In this document: positions 42,142-52,044 of the stretch, one piece after another | Numbering within the stretch: the first letter of the stretch is position 1 | How the letters are laid out: the number at the start of each line of letters is the position of its first letter | Source: Parcubacteria bacterium GBS-2 | GTDB lineage: Bacteria; Patescibacteriota; Minisyncoccia; Minisyncoccales; GBS-2 | NCBI GenBank assembly: GCA_001443025.1 | Contig: LEKP01000003.1 | Coordinates: forward strand, 22,652 to 86,651 | DNA length: 64,000 nt | Direction: 5' to 3' | Position numbers and translations under genes: made by a program | The notes under the pieces: model-generated | What the model was told of the DNA's origin: nothing | The model's database searches: none | What the model saw: only the letters and a program-made list of their open reading frames with translations

Positions 42142-44056
42142 TTACTTTTTTAATATTTTCGACGCTTTCTGGATTAGCCAAAGTAGATAAATCTCCAAGT
42201 TCTTCTCCAGTAAACAATCTCTTCAAAATTCTCCTCATTATTTTCCCTGACCTTGTTTTTGGCAAATCTTCAACCAAATAAACTTCTTTTGGTAGAGCAA
42301 TCGGCCCAATTTGTTTTCTGATTAAATTTATGACCTCATTTTTCACTTCCTCTCCTCTCTTCTTCCCTTTGTAAACAACAAAAACCATCGGAACTTCACC
42401 TTTTATTTCATCCGGAACTCCAACGACTGCTGATTCTGTGATCTCTTCGTGTAAATTGACTGCTGCTTCTAGTTCTCCAGTGCAAATTCTGTGACCTGCT
42501 ACTTTTATTACATCATCAACTCGACCCACAATCCTGATTAAACCATTTTCATCTTTGAAGGCCCCATCTGAAGTAAAATAAATTTTGTCTCCATACTGAC
42601 TCCAATAAGTTTCTTTGTATTTTTCAGGATTCTTGTAAGTTCCTCTCAGCATTCCAGGTGAAAATGGAGGCAAAATTACTAAATTCCCTTTTTCTCCCAC
42701 TTTACACGAATTTCCTTTTTCATCTAAAATGTCAATTTTTATTCCAGGAAACGGCAATCCTGCATGAGCAGGCTTAAAAGGCCCAATTCCTGGTAATGAT
42801 GTAATTAAAATTCCGCCAGTTTCTGTCTGCCACCAAGTATCGACGATTGGACATCTTTCTTTTCCAACGTTTTTGAAATACCAAAGCCAAGTTGATTCAT
42901 CTATCGGTTCACCAACTGAACCCAAAAGACGCAAAGTTTCAAATTTATAATTCTTTATCACTTCTTCGCCATACTTGACAAACATTCTAATGGCAGTTGG
43001 GGCAGTGTAAAAAATCGTTACTTTGTGTTTTTCAATAATTTGAGCCCATCTATCTGGAGTTGGCCAATCTGGGGCTCCTTCAAAAATTAAAGTTGTAATT
43101 CCGTTTAATAATGGACTATAGCAGGTATATGAATGACCGGTAATCCACCCTAAGTCGGAAGTGCACCACAAAATATCATTCTCATGCATGTCAAAAATCC
43201 ATTTTCCTGTCCAATAAACTTGAACTGTATAGCCTCCGCATACATGCATACATCCTTTTGGAACTCCAGTTGTTCCTGAAGTAAAGAGTACAAAAAACAA
43301 ATCTTCGCTATCCATCTTTTCTGCTTCGCAAAAATCGCTTTCTTTTTCTATTAACTGGTGGTACCAAAAATCCCTACTTTCATCAAAGGGAATTTGGTTT
43401 CCTGCTCTCTTTACAACAATGACTTTTTCAACTTTTGTATCTTTTATTGCCTCGTCAGCAGATTCTTTCAAATTAATGATTTTTCCTCTCCTGTAGTACC
43501 CATCTGCGGTAATTAAAATCTTAGCTTCTGTGATTTGTAGCCTAATTTTTAAAGCTTGAGAAGAAAATGCTGAAAAAACTACGGTATGGACTGCCCCAAT
43601 CCTGGCACAAGCTAACATTGAAATTATTGCCTCTGGAATCATTGGCAAATAAATTCCAACAGTATCTCCTTTTTTTACTCCCAAACTTTTTAGAGTATTA
43701 GCAAATTTGCAAACTTGCTTGAATAATTCTTCGTAAGTTAAAATTTTGGAACTTTCTCCGGTAGGTTCTGGCTCCCAAATAATTGCTGGCTTATTCTTGA
43801 TTTTTTTCCAACCAAGTTTGTTTTCCTCGAAAATATTAGTAGTAATGTTTATCTTTCCTCCTAAAAACCACTTAAAATAAGGGGGTTGATGTTCGAATGC
43901 CTTTTTCCATTTTTCAAACCAAAAAAGTTCTTTTGCCAATTTTTCCCAAAATTTTATTGGATCCTTTAATGCTTTTTGATAAATTTTTGGATCAGAAATT
44001 ATCGCCCTCTTTTGAAACTCTTTTGTTGGATAATATAGATCACCTTTTTTGAGCAT
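42131..44056 (-). CDS. acs: Acetyl-CoA synthetase (AMP-forming)
   Basis: FTSGTTGVPKG, YWQTETGG-type WWQTETGG, and the C-terminal PKTRSGKIMRR. Confidence 0.9.
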   Translation of the reverse strand: MLKKGDLYYPTKEFQKRAIISDPKIYQKALKDPIKFWEKLAKELFWFEKWKKAFEHQPPYFKWFLGGKINITTNIFEENKLGWKKIKNKPAIIWEPEPTGESSKILTYEELFKQVCKFANTLKSLGVKKGDTVGIYLPMIPEAIISMLACARIGAVHTVVFSAFSSQALKIRLQITEAKILITADGYYRRGKIINLKESADEAIKDTKVEKVIVVKRAGNQIPFDESRDFWYHQLIEKESDFCEAEKMDSEDLFFVLFTSGTTGVPKGCMHVCGGYTVQVYWTGKWIFDMHENDILWCTSDLGWITGHSYTCYSPLLNGITTLIFEGAPDWPTPDRWAQIIEKHKVTIFYTAPTAIRMFVKYGEEVIKNYKFETLRLLGSVGEPIDESTWLWYFKNVGKERCPIVDTWWQTETGGILITSLPGIGPFKPAHAGLPFPGIKIDILDEKGNSCKVGEKGNLVILPPFSPGMLRGTYKNPEKYKETYWSQYGDKIYFTSDGAFKDENGLIRIVGRVDDVIKVAGHRICTGELEAAVNLHEEITESAVVGVPDEIKGEVPMVFVVYKGKKRGEEVKNEVINLIRKQIGPIALPKEVYLVEDLPKTRSGKIMRRILKRLFTGEELGDLSTLANPESVENIKKVIGK

Positions 44057-44094
44057 GTTTTTTAAAGTTTTTTTTAAACCTTTATCACTTCATT

Positions 44095-44126
44095 ATAACA
44101 AAAAAGTCGGGGCAAGGAAGCCCGAC
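44095..44126 (-). terminator. Terminator after gap
   Basis: Minus strand GTCGGG-CTTCCTTG-CCCGAC-type hairpin followed by TTTTTTGTT. Confidence 0.6.
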
Positions 44127-44148
44127 GAAAATTCGAAATAATTTTCAA

Positions 44149-45159
44149 TCAAAGCCTCTTACCAACAAATTCAGCAAATTCGGCCAATCTACAAGCGTAT
44201 GCCCATTCGTTATCGTACCAGGCAACGACTTTAACTAGATTATCAATTACCATTGTTGATAAAGCATCAACTACTGCAGAATAAGAATTTCCAATGTAAT
44301 CTGAAGATACCAAGGGAGCGTCTTCTACGCCTAAAATTCCTTTCAGTCTTTCGCTTTGCGAAGCCTTCTTCAAAACATAATTTACCTCTTCTTTCGTTGT
44401 TTTCTTTTCAACTTCGCAAATTAAATCCAAAACTGAAACTGTTGGAACTGGAACTCTAAAAGCAATTCCATCCAATTTCCCTTTCAATTCTGGAATGACA
44501 TTTCCAATTGCTCTCGCTGCTCCGGTTGTGGTTGGAATAATATTTAAACCTGCAGCTCTTGCTCTCCTTAAATCTCTATGGGCCAAATCTAAAACTCTTT
44601 GATCGTTTGTGTAAGCGTGAACTGTGCTCATGAAACCTTTCACAATCTTGAAATTTTCATGCAAAACTTTTGCAACCGGAGCTAAACAATTAGTGGTACA
44701 AGAGCCCATATCAACAATGTCATATTTTGGATCGAATTTGTCTTCGTTCACTCCCAAAACGAATTCTGGGATTTTTTCAGGATTTTTCGATGGCGCAGAA
44801 ATTATTACTTTTTTTGCCCCAGCTTCCAAATGTTTTTTAGCTCCTTCATAATCTGTAAAAACTCCGCTAGATTCAATAACAATGTCTACTTTCAACTCCT
44901 TCCAGGGTAGTTTAGCTGGATCTTTTTCAGAGAAAACTTTGAATTTTTGACCATCAACAACCAAATAATCTCCCTCCGCCTTTACCGTTTTTTGATAAAC
45001 TCCATAAATTGAATCGTACTTTAACAAGTGAGCGAGAGTGGTTGCATCGCTCAAATCGTTGATTGCTACTACTTCCAAATCTGGATGGTTCTCGATTATC
45101 CTTTTAAAAACTGGACGTCCTATTCTCCCAAAACCATTAATTGCAACCCTTATTGCCAT
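44149..45159 (-). CDS. gap: Glyceraldehyde-3-phosphate dehydrogenase
   Basis: INGFGRIGR, active site SCTTNCLAP, WYDNEW. Confidence 0.95.
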   Translation of the reverse strand: MAIRVAINGFGRIGRPVFKRIIENHPDLEVVAINDLSDATTLAHLLKYDSIYGVYQKTVKAEGDYLVVDGQKFKVFSEKDPAKLPWKELKVDIVIESSGVFTDYEGAKKHLEAGAKKVIISAPSKNPEKIPEFVLGVNEDKFDPKYDIVDMGSCTTNCLAPVAKVLHENFKIVKGFMSTVHAYTNDQRVLDLAHRDLRRARAAGLNIIPTTTGAARAIGNVIPELKGKLDGIAFRVPVPTVSVLDLICEVEKKTTKEEVNYVLKKASQSERLKGILGVEDAPLVSSDYIGNSYSAVVDALSTMVIDNLVKVVAWYDNEWAYACRLAEFAEFVGKRL

Positions 45160-45190
45160 GTTTTTAATTATTAAATTTTTGATGCGGCCT

Positions 45191-45427
45191 TTATTTCAAA
45201 TTTAAAAGCTCATCAATTTTCTCTTTATCAAATCCTATCACAACTTGACCATCGATTTCAATTACCGGAACCCCCATTTGCCCTGATTTTTGAATCATTT
45301 CTAGTGCTGCCTTTTCATCTTTTGAAACATCAATTTCCTCAAATTTAATTCCCCTACTTTTCAAATATTCCTTTGCTATAAAACAAAACGGGCAAGTTGG
45401 AGTTGTGTAAATTTTAATTGTTGGCAT
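45191..45427 (-). CDS. Glutaredoxin/NrdH-like small redoxin
   Basis: MPTIKIYTTPTCPFC...GVPVIEIDG. I prefer this ATG over the track's upstream GTG. Confidence 0.7.
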   Translation of the reverse strand: MPTIKIYTTPTCPFCFIAKEYLKSRGIKFEEIDVSKDEKAALEMIQKSGQMGVPVIEIDGQVVIGFDKEKIDELLNLK

Positions 45428-45431
45428 AGTT

Positions 45432-46388
45432 TTATTGGCAAGAACCACTATTTGAACTACCTGTTGTCATCCCAAAACCAGGTGAAAGTGTTTCCTCAGG
45501 AAGTTTTTGAGTGCATTCATCTGGTGGGTTCAAAAACGCATTGCAAATTACCTGCTTTACTTTTTCTGGCGATCTTTCAACATTGACCACTGAATCGTTA
45601 ATAACTAAAGTTGGCGATCCCCTGACTCCATATTTTTCGTTCAAATCTTGATGAACATTAAACGGTGGATATCCAGTTTCAGTGAAACTTTCTGAAATTT
45701 TAAATTCCCTATCGGTCGCTTGCTCGCAAGAGTTTAGTTTTTCTTGATCAATATTGGCCTCTTTCAAACAATTTTCTGAATTCCCATCTTTAACGAAGCA
45801 CTCCAAATATGCCAAATATTTTTCTTTTTCTTCTTTTTGGATACAATATTGTCTCAAATTTTCTTCCATTTCTTTTTTCCCATGCATTATATAATCAACG
45901 AAATAAATTCCAATGTCAGCTTTATCTTTCAAAAGTTGCCAAGCAGGCAATAGGGCTTTTTGCATTTGAAGTCCAAAGGGACAATAGGACATGACAAAAA
46001 GCTTAACATCGGGTCTTTCTCTTTTTTCAACTTGAGTTTGTTGAGTTTCCGATTTTTCAGTTTCTGTTGATTGTTCAATTTTTTTGGTTAAATCAATTGC
46101 ATAAGGAAACAAATATTTTCCATCTTTTGTAACAAAACTTTGAAATTGTTGATCTCCAATTTGCAGATCTATTCTGTAAAATCCTTTCTCTTCAGCCCAA
46201 GAAATCAAATTTGCGCTTTGCCCTTGTTCTTTAACTAATTCATTTATGTACTCCATTGCCTTTTTCACTTCGTTCGGCACTGATCCTCCTCCTCTTGGAA
46301 AAAAATAAACCAAAGATCCAACAAGACTTCCAATTACCACAAAGACAAAGGCTCCAGTTATTATTTTTTTGATTAATTCTTTTTTCAC
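45432..46388 (-). CDS. Membrane-anchored thioredoxin-fold (DsbA-like) protein
   Basis: TM anchor ITGAFVFVVIGSLVGSLVYFF and thioredoxin-fold motif FVMSYCPFG. I prefer the GTG at 46388 (overlap GTGA with the upstream gene) over the track's TTG at 46451. Confidence 0.55.
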   Translation of the reverse strand: MKKELIKKIITGAFVFVVIGSLVGSLVYFFPRGGGSVPNEVKKAMEYINELVKEQGQSANLISWAEEKGFYRIDLQIGDQQFQSFVTKDGKYLFPYAIDLTKKIEQSTETEKSETQQTQVEKRERPDVKLFVMSYCPFGLQMQKALLPAWQLLKDKADIGIYFVDYIMHGKKEMEENLRQYCIQKEEKEKYLAYLECFVKDGNSENCLKEANIDQEKLNSCEQATDREFKISESFTETGYPPFNVHQDLNEKYGVRGSPTLVINDSVVNVERSPEKVKQVICNAFLNPPDECTQKLPEETLSPGFGMTTGSSNSGSCQ

Positions 46389-46630
46389 TCTTTTATCGCC
46401 TCGTTTATCTCTTTTAAGACCTTTTCGACCTCTATTCCATAAAGGTCGCAAACTTTGCCAATTTCTAAATTCTCAATTTCCATTCTAGCGAAGGGACAAG
46501 CTAGACAAGGAAAATTATATTTTTCCAAAACCTCAACTAATTTTGGCTCTTTTAAAATTTCTGCTAAGGTTGTTTTTTCAGTAATTTTCCCCATTATTTC
46601 AATTTTAGTCCATTTTAAAAATTTTTTCAA
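46385..46630 (-). CDS. DUF1858-like small redox-disulfide protein
   Basis: TLAEILKEPKLVEVLEKYNFPCLACPFA resembles the hybrid-cluster-associated disulfide domain family (from memory). The true start may be the internal Met (MGKITEK). Confidence 0.5.
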   Translation of the reverse strand: MKKFLKWTKIEIMGKITEKTTLAEILKEPKLVEVLEKYNFPCLACPFARMEIENLEIGKVCDLYGIEVEKVLKEINEAIKE

Positions 46631-49212
46631 CTTGATTTTTTCAAAAAGTATTTAACTGCCTCAAACAGGACTAAATTGATCAGGCCAAAAACGATCAAAA
46701 AAATCCATTCATAAATTCCAAGTGGCACTGTCTTCAGTAAAACTTGAAAAGGGGGAAAATAGATAGAAAAAAGCAAAAGGATCATTCCTAAAGTTAAAGT
46801 TAAATTTAAAACTTTATTCGAAAATGGATTGTATTCCCAAATGTTTTTTCTGAAGTTTTTGCAAGAAAAAGCATAGCAAAAAGAGCCAAAAGCAAAGCCA
46901 GCAAAGCAAAAAGTCCTCAGTTTTTCAATAGCTAATCCCTGGTTGTGCAAAAACCAAAACATCAAGAACAAAATAATATCAGTTAAAATTCCGCCAAACA
47001 AAAACAAATATACAATTTCTTTTGTTAAAAGAGGGACCTTTGGATTTTCTGGTTTTCTTTCCATTATTTCTTTTTCTTCCGGCTCAAAAGCAAAAGCTAT
47101 TCCTTGAGGACTTCCTTCAACAAAGTTTTTCCACAAAATCTGAATTGGTAAAACTGGTAAAGGCAATTTTGCCAAAAATGCTCCCAGAACCAGTAAAATT
47201 TCAGTAAAACACTCAGTGCACATGAATAAAATCGTCTTTCTAACATTATCTAAGATTCTTCTTCCTTCTCTTACTGCCTTAACAATCACTTCAAAACTGT
47301 CGTTTAGTAAAACCAAATCAGAAGCTTCTTTTGCCACTTCCGACCCAGAACCTAAGGCTACTCCAATATCTGCTTTTCTTAAAGCTGGAGCATCGTTTAC
47401 ACCATCTCCTGTCATTGCCACTACTTCTCCTTTTTCTTGGAATAAAGAAACAATCTTTGACTTATGAATAGGCTCTACCCTCGCAAAGATTTTAATTTCT
47501 TTTAATTTTTCTTTGAGTTTTTCTTCATCAATTTTCTCCAAATCTCTTCCTTCTAAAATGTTTTCTTCTTCTATTTTTAGCCCTAGTTCTTTTGCCACTG
47601 CTTTTGCAGTTAATTTGTGGTCTCCGGTTACAATCACTGGTAAAATATTTGCCATTTGACAGGTTTTAATCGCTTCTTTTACTCCTGGTCTTAAAGTATC
47701 AGAAAGAGCTAAAAACCCAGCAAACTTTAACCTTAAATTGAAAATTTCTTCTGGTAAAATTTTTTCTTTTTCAATTCCAGGAAGATAACCAGCTCCAACG
47801 ACTCTGTATCCTTCTTCCAAAAGCGCATTCAAACCCTTTTTTAATTTTTCTTTCTCGGGGGTATCCAAAAATTCCAATAGCTTTTCTGGAGCACCCAGAT
47901 AATAAAGATTTTTTTGGTTTCCTTCTCTGTAAATTGCCAAAGAAAATTTATACCTTGGTGAAAATGGTAAAAAATAGATTAAATCTTTTTCAAACTCTTT
48001 TTTATTCAAACCAATTTCTATTGCCTTTTCTAAAATCGCTTTCTCTGTTGGCCTTCCAACAATTTTCCATTTTTCTTTTGGATCTTTTGAATTTTCAATG
48101 AATGCTTCGGTACACAAAAGAGCAAATTTGATTGCTAAAAATTCATCGCCAACGATTTTTTGAACCTTCATTTTTCCTTCAGTCAAAGTTAAAGTTTTGT
48201 CAGTACAAATTACTGTCGTTGACCCCAAGGTCTCAACAGAAGCTAGTTTTCTTATTAGTCCTTGTTTTCTCAAAATTCTTTGTGCTCCCAAAGCCAAAGT
48301 AACAGTAATTGCAATCGGCAATCCCTCTGGAATTGAAGAAACTGCCAAAGCTACTACTGTTTCAAAAAGCAAAAATAAATTTTTTCTCAACTCTTCTCTT
48401 TGAAGACCAATTATGAAAACAATTAAAACAAAGAACAAAACCAAAATTGCAACTTGAATAGTAAATTTTTTTATTTTCCTTTGAAGCGGGGTCAATCTTT
48501 TTTCTTCTTTTTGAGCCAATTTTGCGATTTTACCAATTTCTGTATTTTGGCCAGTTCCAACAACGATTGCTTTTCCCCTTCCCTCTTCTATTGTCGTTCC
48601 CATGTAAACCATGTTTTCTCTATCTGCCAAAGGAGTATCTTCAGGTAATACTTCAGTATGTTTTAAAGATGGCCAAAATTCTCCAGTTAAAATCATTTCA
48701 TTTACTGTTAGATTCTGACTTTCAATTACCCTAGCATCAGCTGGAACTTTGTCTCCTGCAGAAAGCAAAATCAAATCTCCAGGAACTAATTCTCTAGCAT
48801 CAATGATTCTTTCTCTTCCTTCTCTAATTACTTTCGCTTCTATTTTTAAAATCTTTTTTAACTCTTCTAAAATTTTGATTGCTTTTCTTTCTTGATAAAA
48901 CCCCAAAAAAGCATTAAAGAGCAAAACTAAAAAAATCGCCAGGGCATCTAAAAACTGGTGAAAAACCAAACTCAAAAGAACAGCAAAGAGCAAGATTATG
49001 ATAAAAAGATGCTTAAACTGAGACAAAAACAAAGAAAAATTAGAAGATGTTTTTTCTTCAGGAATTTCGTTTTTCCCAAACTCTCTCTGTCTAATTTCAA
49101 TTTCTTTTTCGCTCAAACCCTCTTTTAAACTCGTTCTTTGAATTTTTTCAATTTCTTCAATTTTTAAATTGTGCCAAAAAACCTCAGACATTTTATTTGG
49201 TCGACTCTTCAA
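46627..49212 (-). CDS. P-type cation-transporting ATPase (P2-like) with atypical DKTLT phosphorylation motif
   Basis: PGD...GDKVPAD, TGE, ICTDKTLTLT, TGDHKLTA, GDGVNDAPAL and ~10 TM segments. Confidence 0.85.
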   Translation of the reverse strand: MKSRPNKMSEVFWHNLKIEEIEKIQRTSLKEGLSEKEIEIRQREFGKNEIPEEKTSSNFSLFLSQFKHLFIIILLFAVLLSLVFHQFLDALAIFLVLLFNAFLGFYQERKAIKILEELKKILKIEAKVIREGRERIIDARELVPGDLILLSAGDKVPADARVIESQNLTVNEMILTGEFWPSLKHTEVLPEDTPLADRENMVYMGTTIEEGRGKAIVVGTGQNTEIGKIAKLAQKEEKRLTPLQRKIKKFTIQVAILVLFFVLIVFIIGLQREELRKNLFLLFETVVALAVSSIPEGLPIAITVTLALGAQRILRKQGLIRKLASVETLGSTTVICTDKTLTLTEGKMKVQKIVGDEFLAIKFALLCTEAFIENSKDPKEKWKIVGRPTEKAILEKAIEIGLNKKEFEKDLIYFLPFSPRYKFSLAIYREGNQKNLYYLGAPEKLLEFLDTPEKEKLKKGLNALLEEGYRVVGAGYLPGIEKEKILPEEIFNLRLKFAGFLALSDTLRPGVKEAIKTCQMANILPVIVTGDHKLTAKAVAKELGLKIEEENILEGRDLEKIDEEKLKEKLKEIKIFARVEPIHKSKIVSLFQEKGEVVAMTGDGVNDAPALRKADIGVALGSGSEVAKEASDLVLLNDSFEVIVKAVREGRRILDNVRKTILFMCTECFTEILLVLGAFLAKLPLPVLPIQILWKNFVEGSPQGIAFAFEPEEKEIMERKPENPKVPLLTKEIVYLFLFGGILTDIILFLMFWFLHNQGLAIEKLRTFCFAGFAFGSFCYAFSCKNFRKNIWEYNPFSNKVLNLTLTLGMILLLFSIYFPPFQVLLKTVPLGIYEWIFLIVFGLINLVLFEAVKYFLKKSS

Positions 49213-49507
49213 TCCAATTTAAAAAATCTTTGTTCCCCTTTTCAATACCAAAAGAAATAATGCAGGGCACAGAATAAGAGTGAAATCCTTTTACCCTTTT
49301 TATTATTTTCTCAACCAAACTCTTTTTCGTTTTCACAAAGATTCCATATTCTCCGCTTTTTTCAATTTTTCCCTTCCACCAATATAAAGATTCGATTTTA
49401 AAAATGTTGCAACAAGCTGCCAATCTTTCAGAAACTAAAGTTTTGGCAATTCTTTTTGCTTCTTTTTTTGTTGGTGCAGTAATATAAACAAAGCTAAATT
49501 TTTTCAT
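49193..49507 (-). CDS. cutA: Divalent-cation tolerance protein CutA
   Basis: 104 aa. VYITAPTKKEAKRIAKTLVSERLAACCNI...YWWKGKIE is a typical CutA1 sequence. Confidence 0.8.
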   Translation of the reverse strand: MKKFSFVYITAPTKKEAKRIAKTLVSERLAACCNIFKIESLYWWKGKIEKSGEYGIFVKTKKSLVEKIIKRVKGFHSYSVPCIISFGIEKGNKDFLNWIEESTK

Positions 49508-49620
49508 CCTTGTGTAACAGTTCTATTAATTCTATCAAAAAAGCTCAAAATTAAAAAAATTGATTAACCTACAATGACATTTTCACATTTGATCAATTGC
49601 GCAAATGTGCAAATATCGAT

Positions 49621-52044
49621 TTATGATTTGTTATTATTTTTAGCGAAAATTACCTTTAGAATTTCAAGTAAAATTGTAGTCAAAATTCCAATACTAAAGA
49701 CAATTCCCCAATGCCAAAACTTCAAGGGCATAGTGTTCAAAACCTTTTGAAGAGGAGGAAAATAAATGGCTAAAAACAAAAGTAAAAATCCATAAAGGAT
49801 GGCTAAGGGTAAAAATTTATTTTCAAAAAAATTTTCTATTCTGATGATTGGCCTTTTGAGATTCTTGAAAGAAACAACATAAATTAAATCAATAGTTCCC
49901 AAGGTTGCAAAAACTAAAGTGCTCGCTAATTTTAGATTTTCACTTTTTATTCCAAAATTGAAAAACAAAAAAGTTGAAATCAAGGAAACAAAAATAGTAA
50001 TTGAAAAAATCAAAGTAATCAATAGTTTATCCAAAATTGGCTCTTTTTTAATATCGATTGGCTTTCTTTCCATTAGTCCTTTTTCTTTTGGTTCAAAAGC
50101 AAAAATCAAATCTGGGGGACCATCGCAGATTAAATGTAAATATAAAATTTGGGGAATGGTTAAGGGCGGAGGAAATCTTAAAATTCCAGCTAAAAATAAA
50201 ACTGCAATCTCCAAAAAGGAATTTGAAAGAACATAACCTACACTCTTTTTAATGTTTGACAAAATTAACCTGCCTTCTTCGCAAGCTGAAACTATTGTCT
50301 TGAAATTGCTATCTAACAAAATCAAATCTGCAGCTTCTTTTGCAACTTCTGTTGCCTCCCCAACTGCAATTCCAATGTCTGCTTCTTTTAAAGCTAAAGC
50401 ATCGTTTACTCCATCTCCTGTCATTGCCACTATTTCTCCTTTTTCTTGCAAGACATCAACGATTTTTCTTTTTTGATGAGGTAAAACTCTAGTAAACAAA
50501 ACAATTTTATCGATTTTTTCTTTCAATTCTTCTTTTGAAATTTTTTCTAACTCTTCAGACTCCATCACATTTTCTGGTGTAATTTCCAATCCCAAATAAT
50601 TTGCCACTCTTTCTGCTGTTTTTCTGTAATCACCGGTGACAATTTTTACTGAAATTCCTGCTTTTTTTGCTATTTTTATTAATTCTTTTGCTTCTTTCCT
50701 CACTGGATCTGAAATTCCTACAATTCCCAAAAATTCAAAATCTTTTTTCTCTTTTAAATTGCCAGTTTCTTTTTTAGCAAAAGCTAAAACTCTCAAACCT
50801 TCTTTTGCCCATTCGTCTAAGATCTCTGAATATTTTTTCTTTTTCTCTTCATCAATTTGGCAAAAATTTAAAACTACTTCTGGCGCCCCGCTCAATAGCG
50901 AAATTCTTTTTCCTTCAATTTCCCAAATTGACATTGAGTATTTTTTGGCACTATCGAAAGGTTCCTCAAAAATTTCTTTTCCCTCTTTTAAAAATTTTTC
51001 TGCAAGTTTGCCCAAATTTTCTTTTGCAAAATTGAAAAGCGCAACTTCCAAACTTGTTCTTTCTTCGTTATTCAAAAGCATCACTTTTAAAGCATCTTCT
51101 TTATTTTCAAATTGAAATTTCACAACCTTCATTTTCCCCTCTGTCAAAGTCCCAGTTTTATCAAGGCAAATGACAGAGGTTGAACCTAAAACTTCAGTTG
51201 CCAAAAGAGTTTTCACTAGTCCTTGCTTTTTCAAAATTCTTCTCATTCCCAAAGCCAAAACGACAGTAATTATCACAGGTAAGGCCTCTGGAATTGCTGC
51301 AACTGCTAAAACGATTGAAGTTTTGAAAGCAGAATAAATTTTTCCTCCAGTTAAAACCTGAGCCAAAAAAATTAAAAAACAAATTACTAAAACTAAAATT
51401 GCCAAATTTTTTGAAAGATCCTCCAATTTCTTTTGTAGAGGTGTTTTTCCTTCTTCAATTTCAATCAACGCCTTTCCAATTTTCCCAAATTCAGTTTCTT
51501 TTCCAATTTTTTCAATTTCCATTATTCCCTTTCCAGAGAGTACCGTCGTTCCCATGAAAACTTTGTCCCTTTCTTTTTTTGTTATTCCCTCTTCCTCTCC
51601 AGTTAAAATTGCTTCAGAAACTAAAATCTCACCTTGAACGAGCTTTCCATCAGCAGGAATTCTATCTCCTGAAATTAAAACCACCAAATCTCCAGGAACT
51701 AACTCTTTTGCATCAATCAATTTTCTTTTTCCTTCCCTAATTACCATTGCCACAGGTTTTATCATTTTTCTTAAAGCATAAAGGGTCTTTTTTGCATTGT
51801 ATTCTTGGAAAAAACCCATTAAAATGTTCAAAATTACTACTGCAATGATCAAAACGAAATCAAAAAGTTCTCCAAAAATTAAAGAAATTGCTCCAACAAA
51901 AAGCAAAATATAAATTAGAGGGTTTTTAAATTGAGAAATGAAAAGTGGAAAAACCTTAAGTTTTTCTCTTTCCAAGATTAAATTCCATCCATATTTTTTT
52001 CTCCTTTCTAAAACCTCTTTTTCTTTTAACCCTTCAAGGCTCAT
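49621..52044 (-). CDS. P-type cation-transporting ATPase (P2-like), canonical motifs
   Basis: SGDRIPAD, TGE, ICLDKTGTLT, TGDYRKTA, GDGVNDALAL. Confidence 0.9.
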   Translation of the reverse strand: MSLEGLKEKEVLERRKKYGWNLILEREKLKVFPLFISQFKNPLIYILLFVGAISLIFGELFDFVLIIAVVILNILMGFFQEYNAKKTLYALRKMIKPVAMVIREGKRKLIDAKELVPGDLVVLISGDRIPADGKLVQGEILVSEAILTGEEEGITKKERDKVFMGTTVLSGKGIMEIEKIGKETEFGKIGKALIEIEEGKTPLQKKLEDLSKNLAILVLVICFLIFLAQVLTGGKIYSAFKTSIVLAVAAIPEALPVIITVVLALGMRRILKKQGLVKTLLATEVLGSTSVICLDKTGTLTEGKMKVVKFQFENKEDALKVMLLNNEERTSLEVALFNFAKENLGKLAEKFLKEGKEIFEEPFDSAKKYSMSIWEIEGKRISLLSGAPEVVLNFCQIDEEKKKKYSEILDEWAKEGLRVLAFAKKETGNLKEKKDFEFLGIVGISDPVRKEAKELIKIAKKAGISVKIVTGDYRKTAERVANYLGLEITPENVMESEELEKISKEELKEKIDKIVLFTRVLPHQKRKIVDVLQEKGEIVAMTGDGVNDALALKEADIGIAVGEATEVAKEAADLILLDSNFKTIVSACEEGRLILSNIKKSVGYVLSNSFLEIAVLFLAGILRFPPPLTIPQILYLHLICDGPPDLIFAFEPKEKGLMERKPIDIKKEPILDKLLITLIFSITIFVSLISTFLFFNFGIKSENLKLASTLVFATLGTIDLIYVVSFKNLKRPIIRIENFFENKFLPLAILYGFLLLFLAIYFPPLQKVLNTMPLKFWHWGIVFSIGILTTILLEILKVIFAKNNNKS

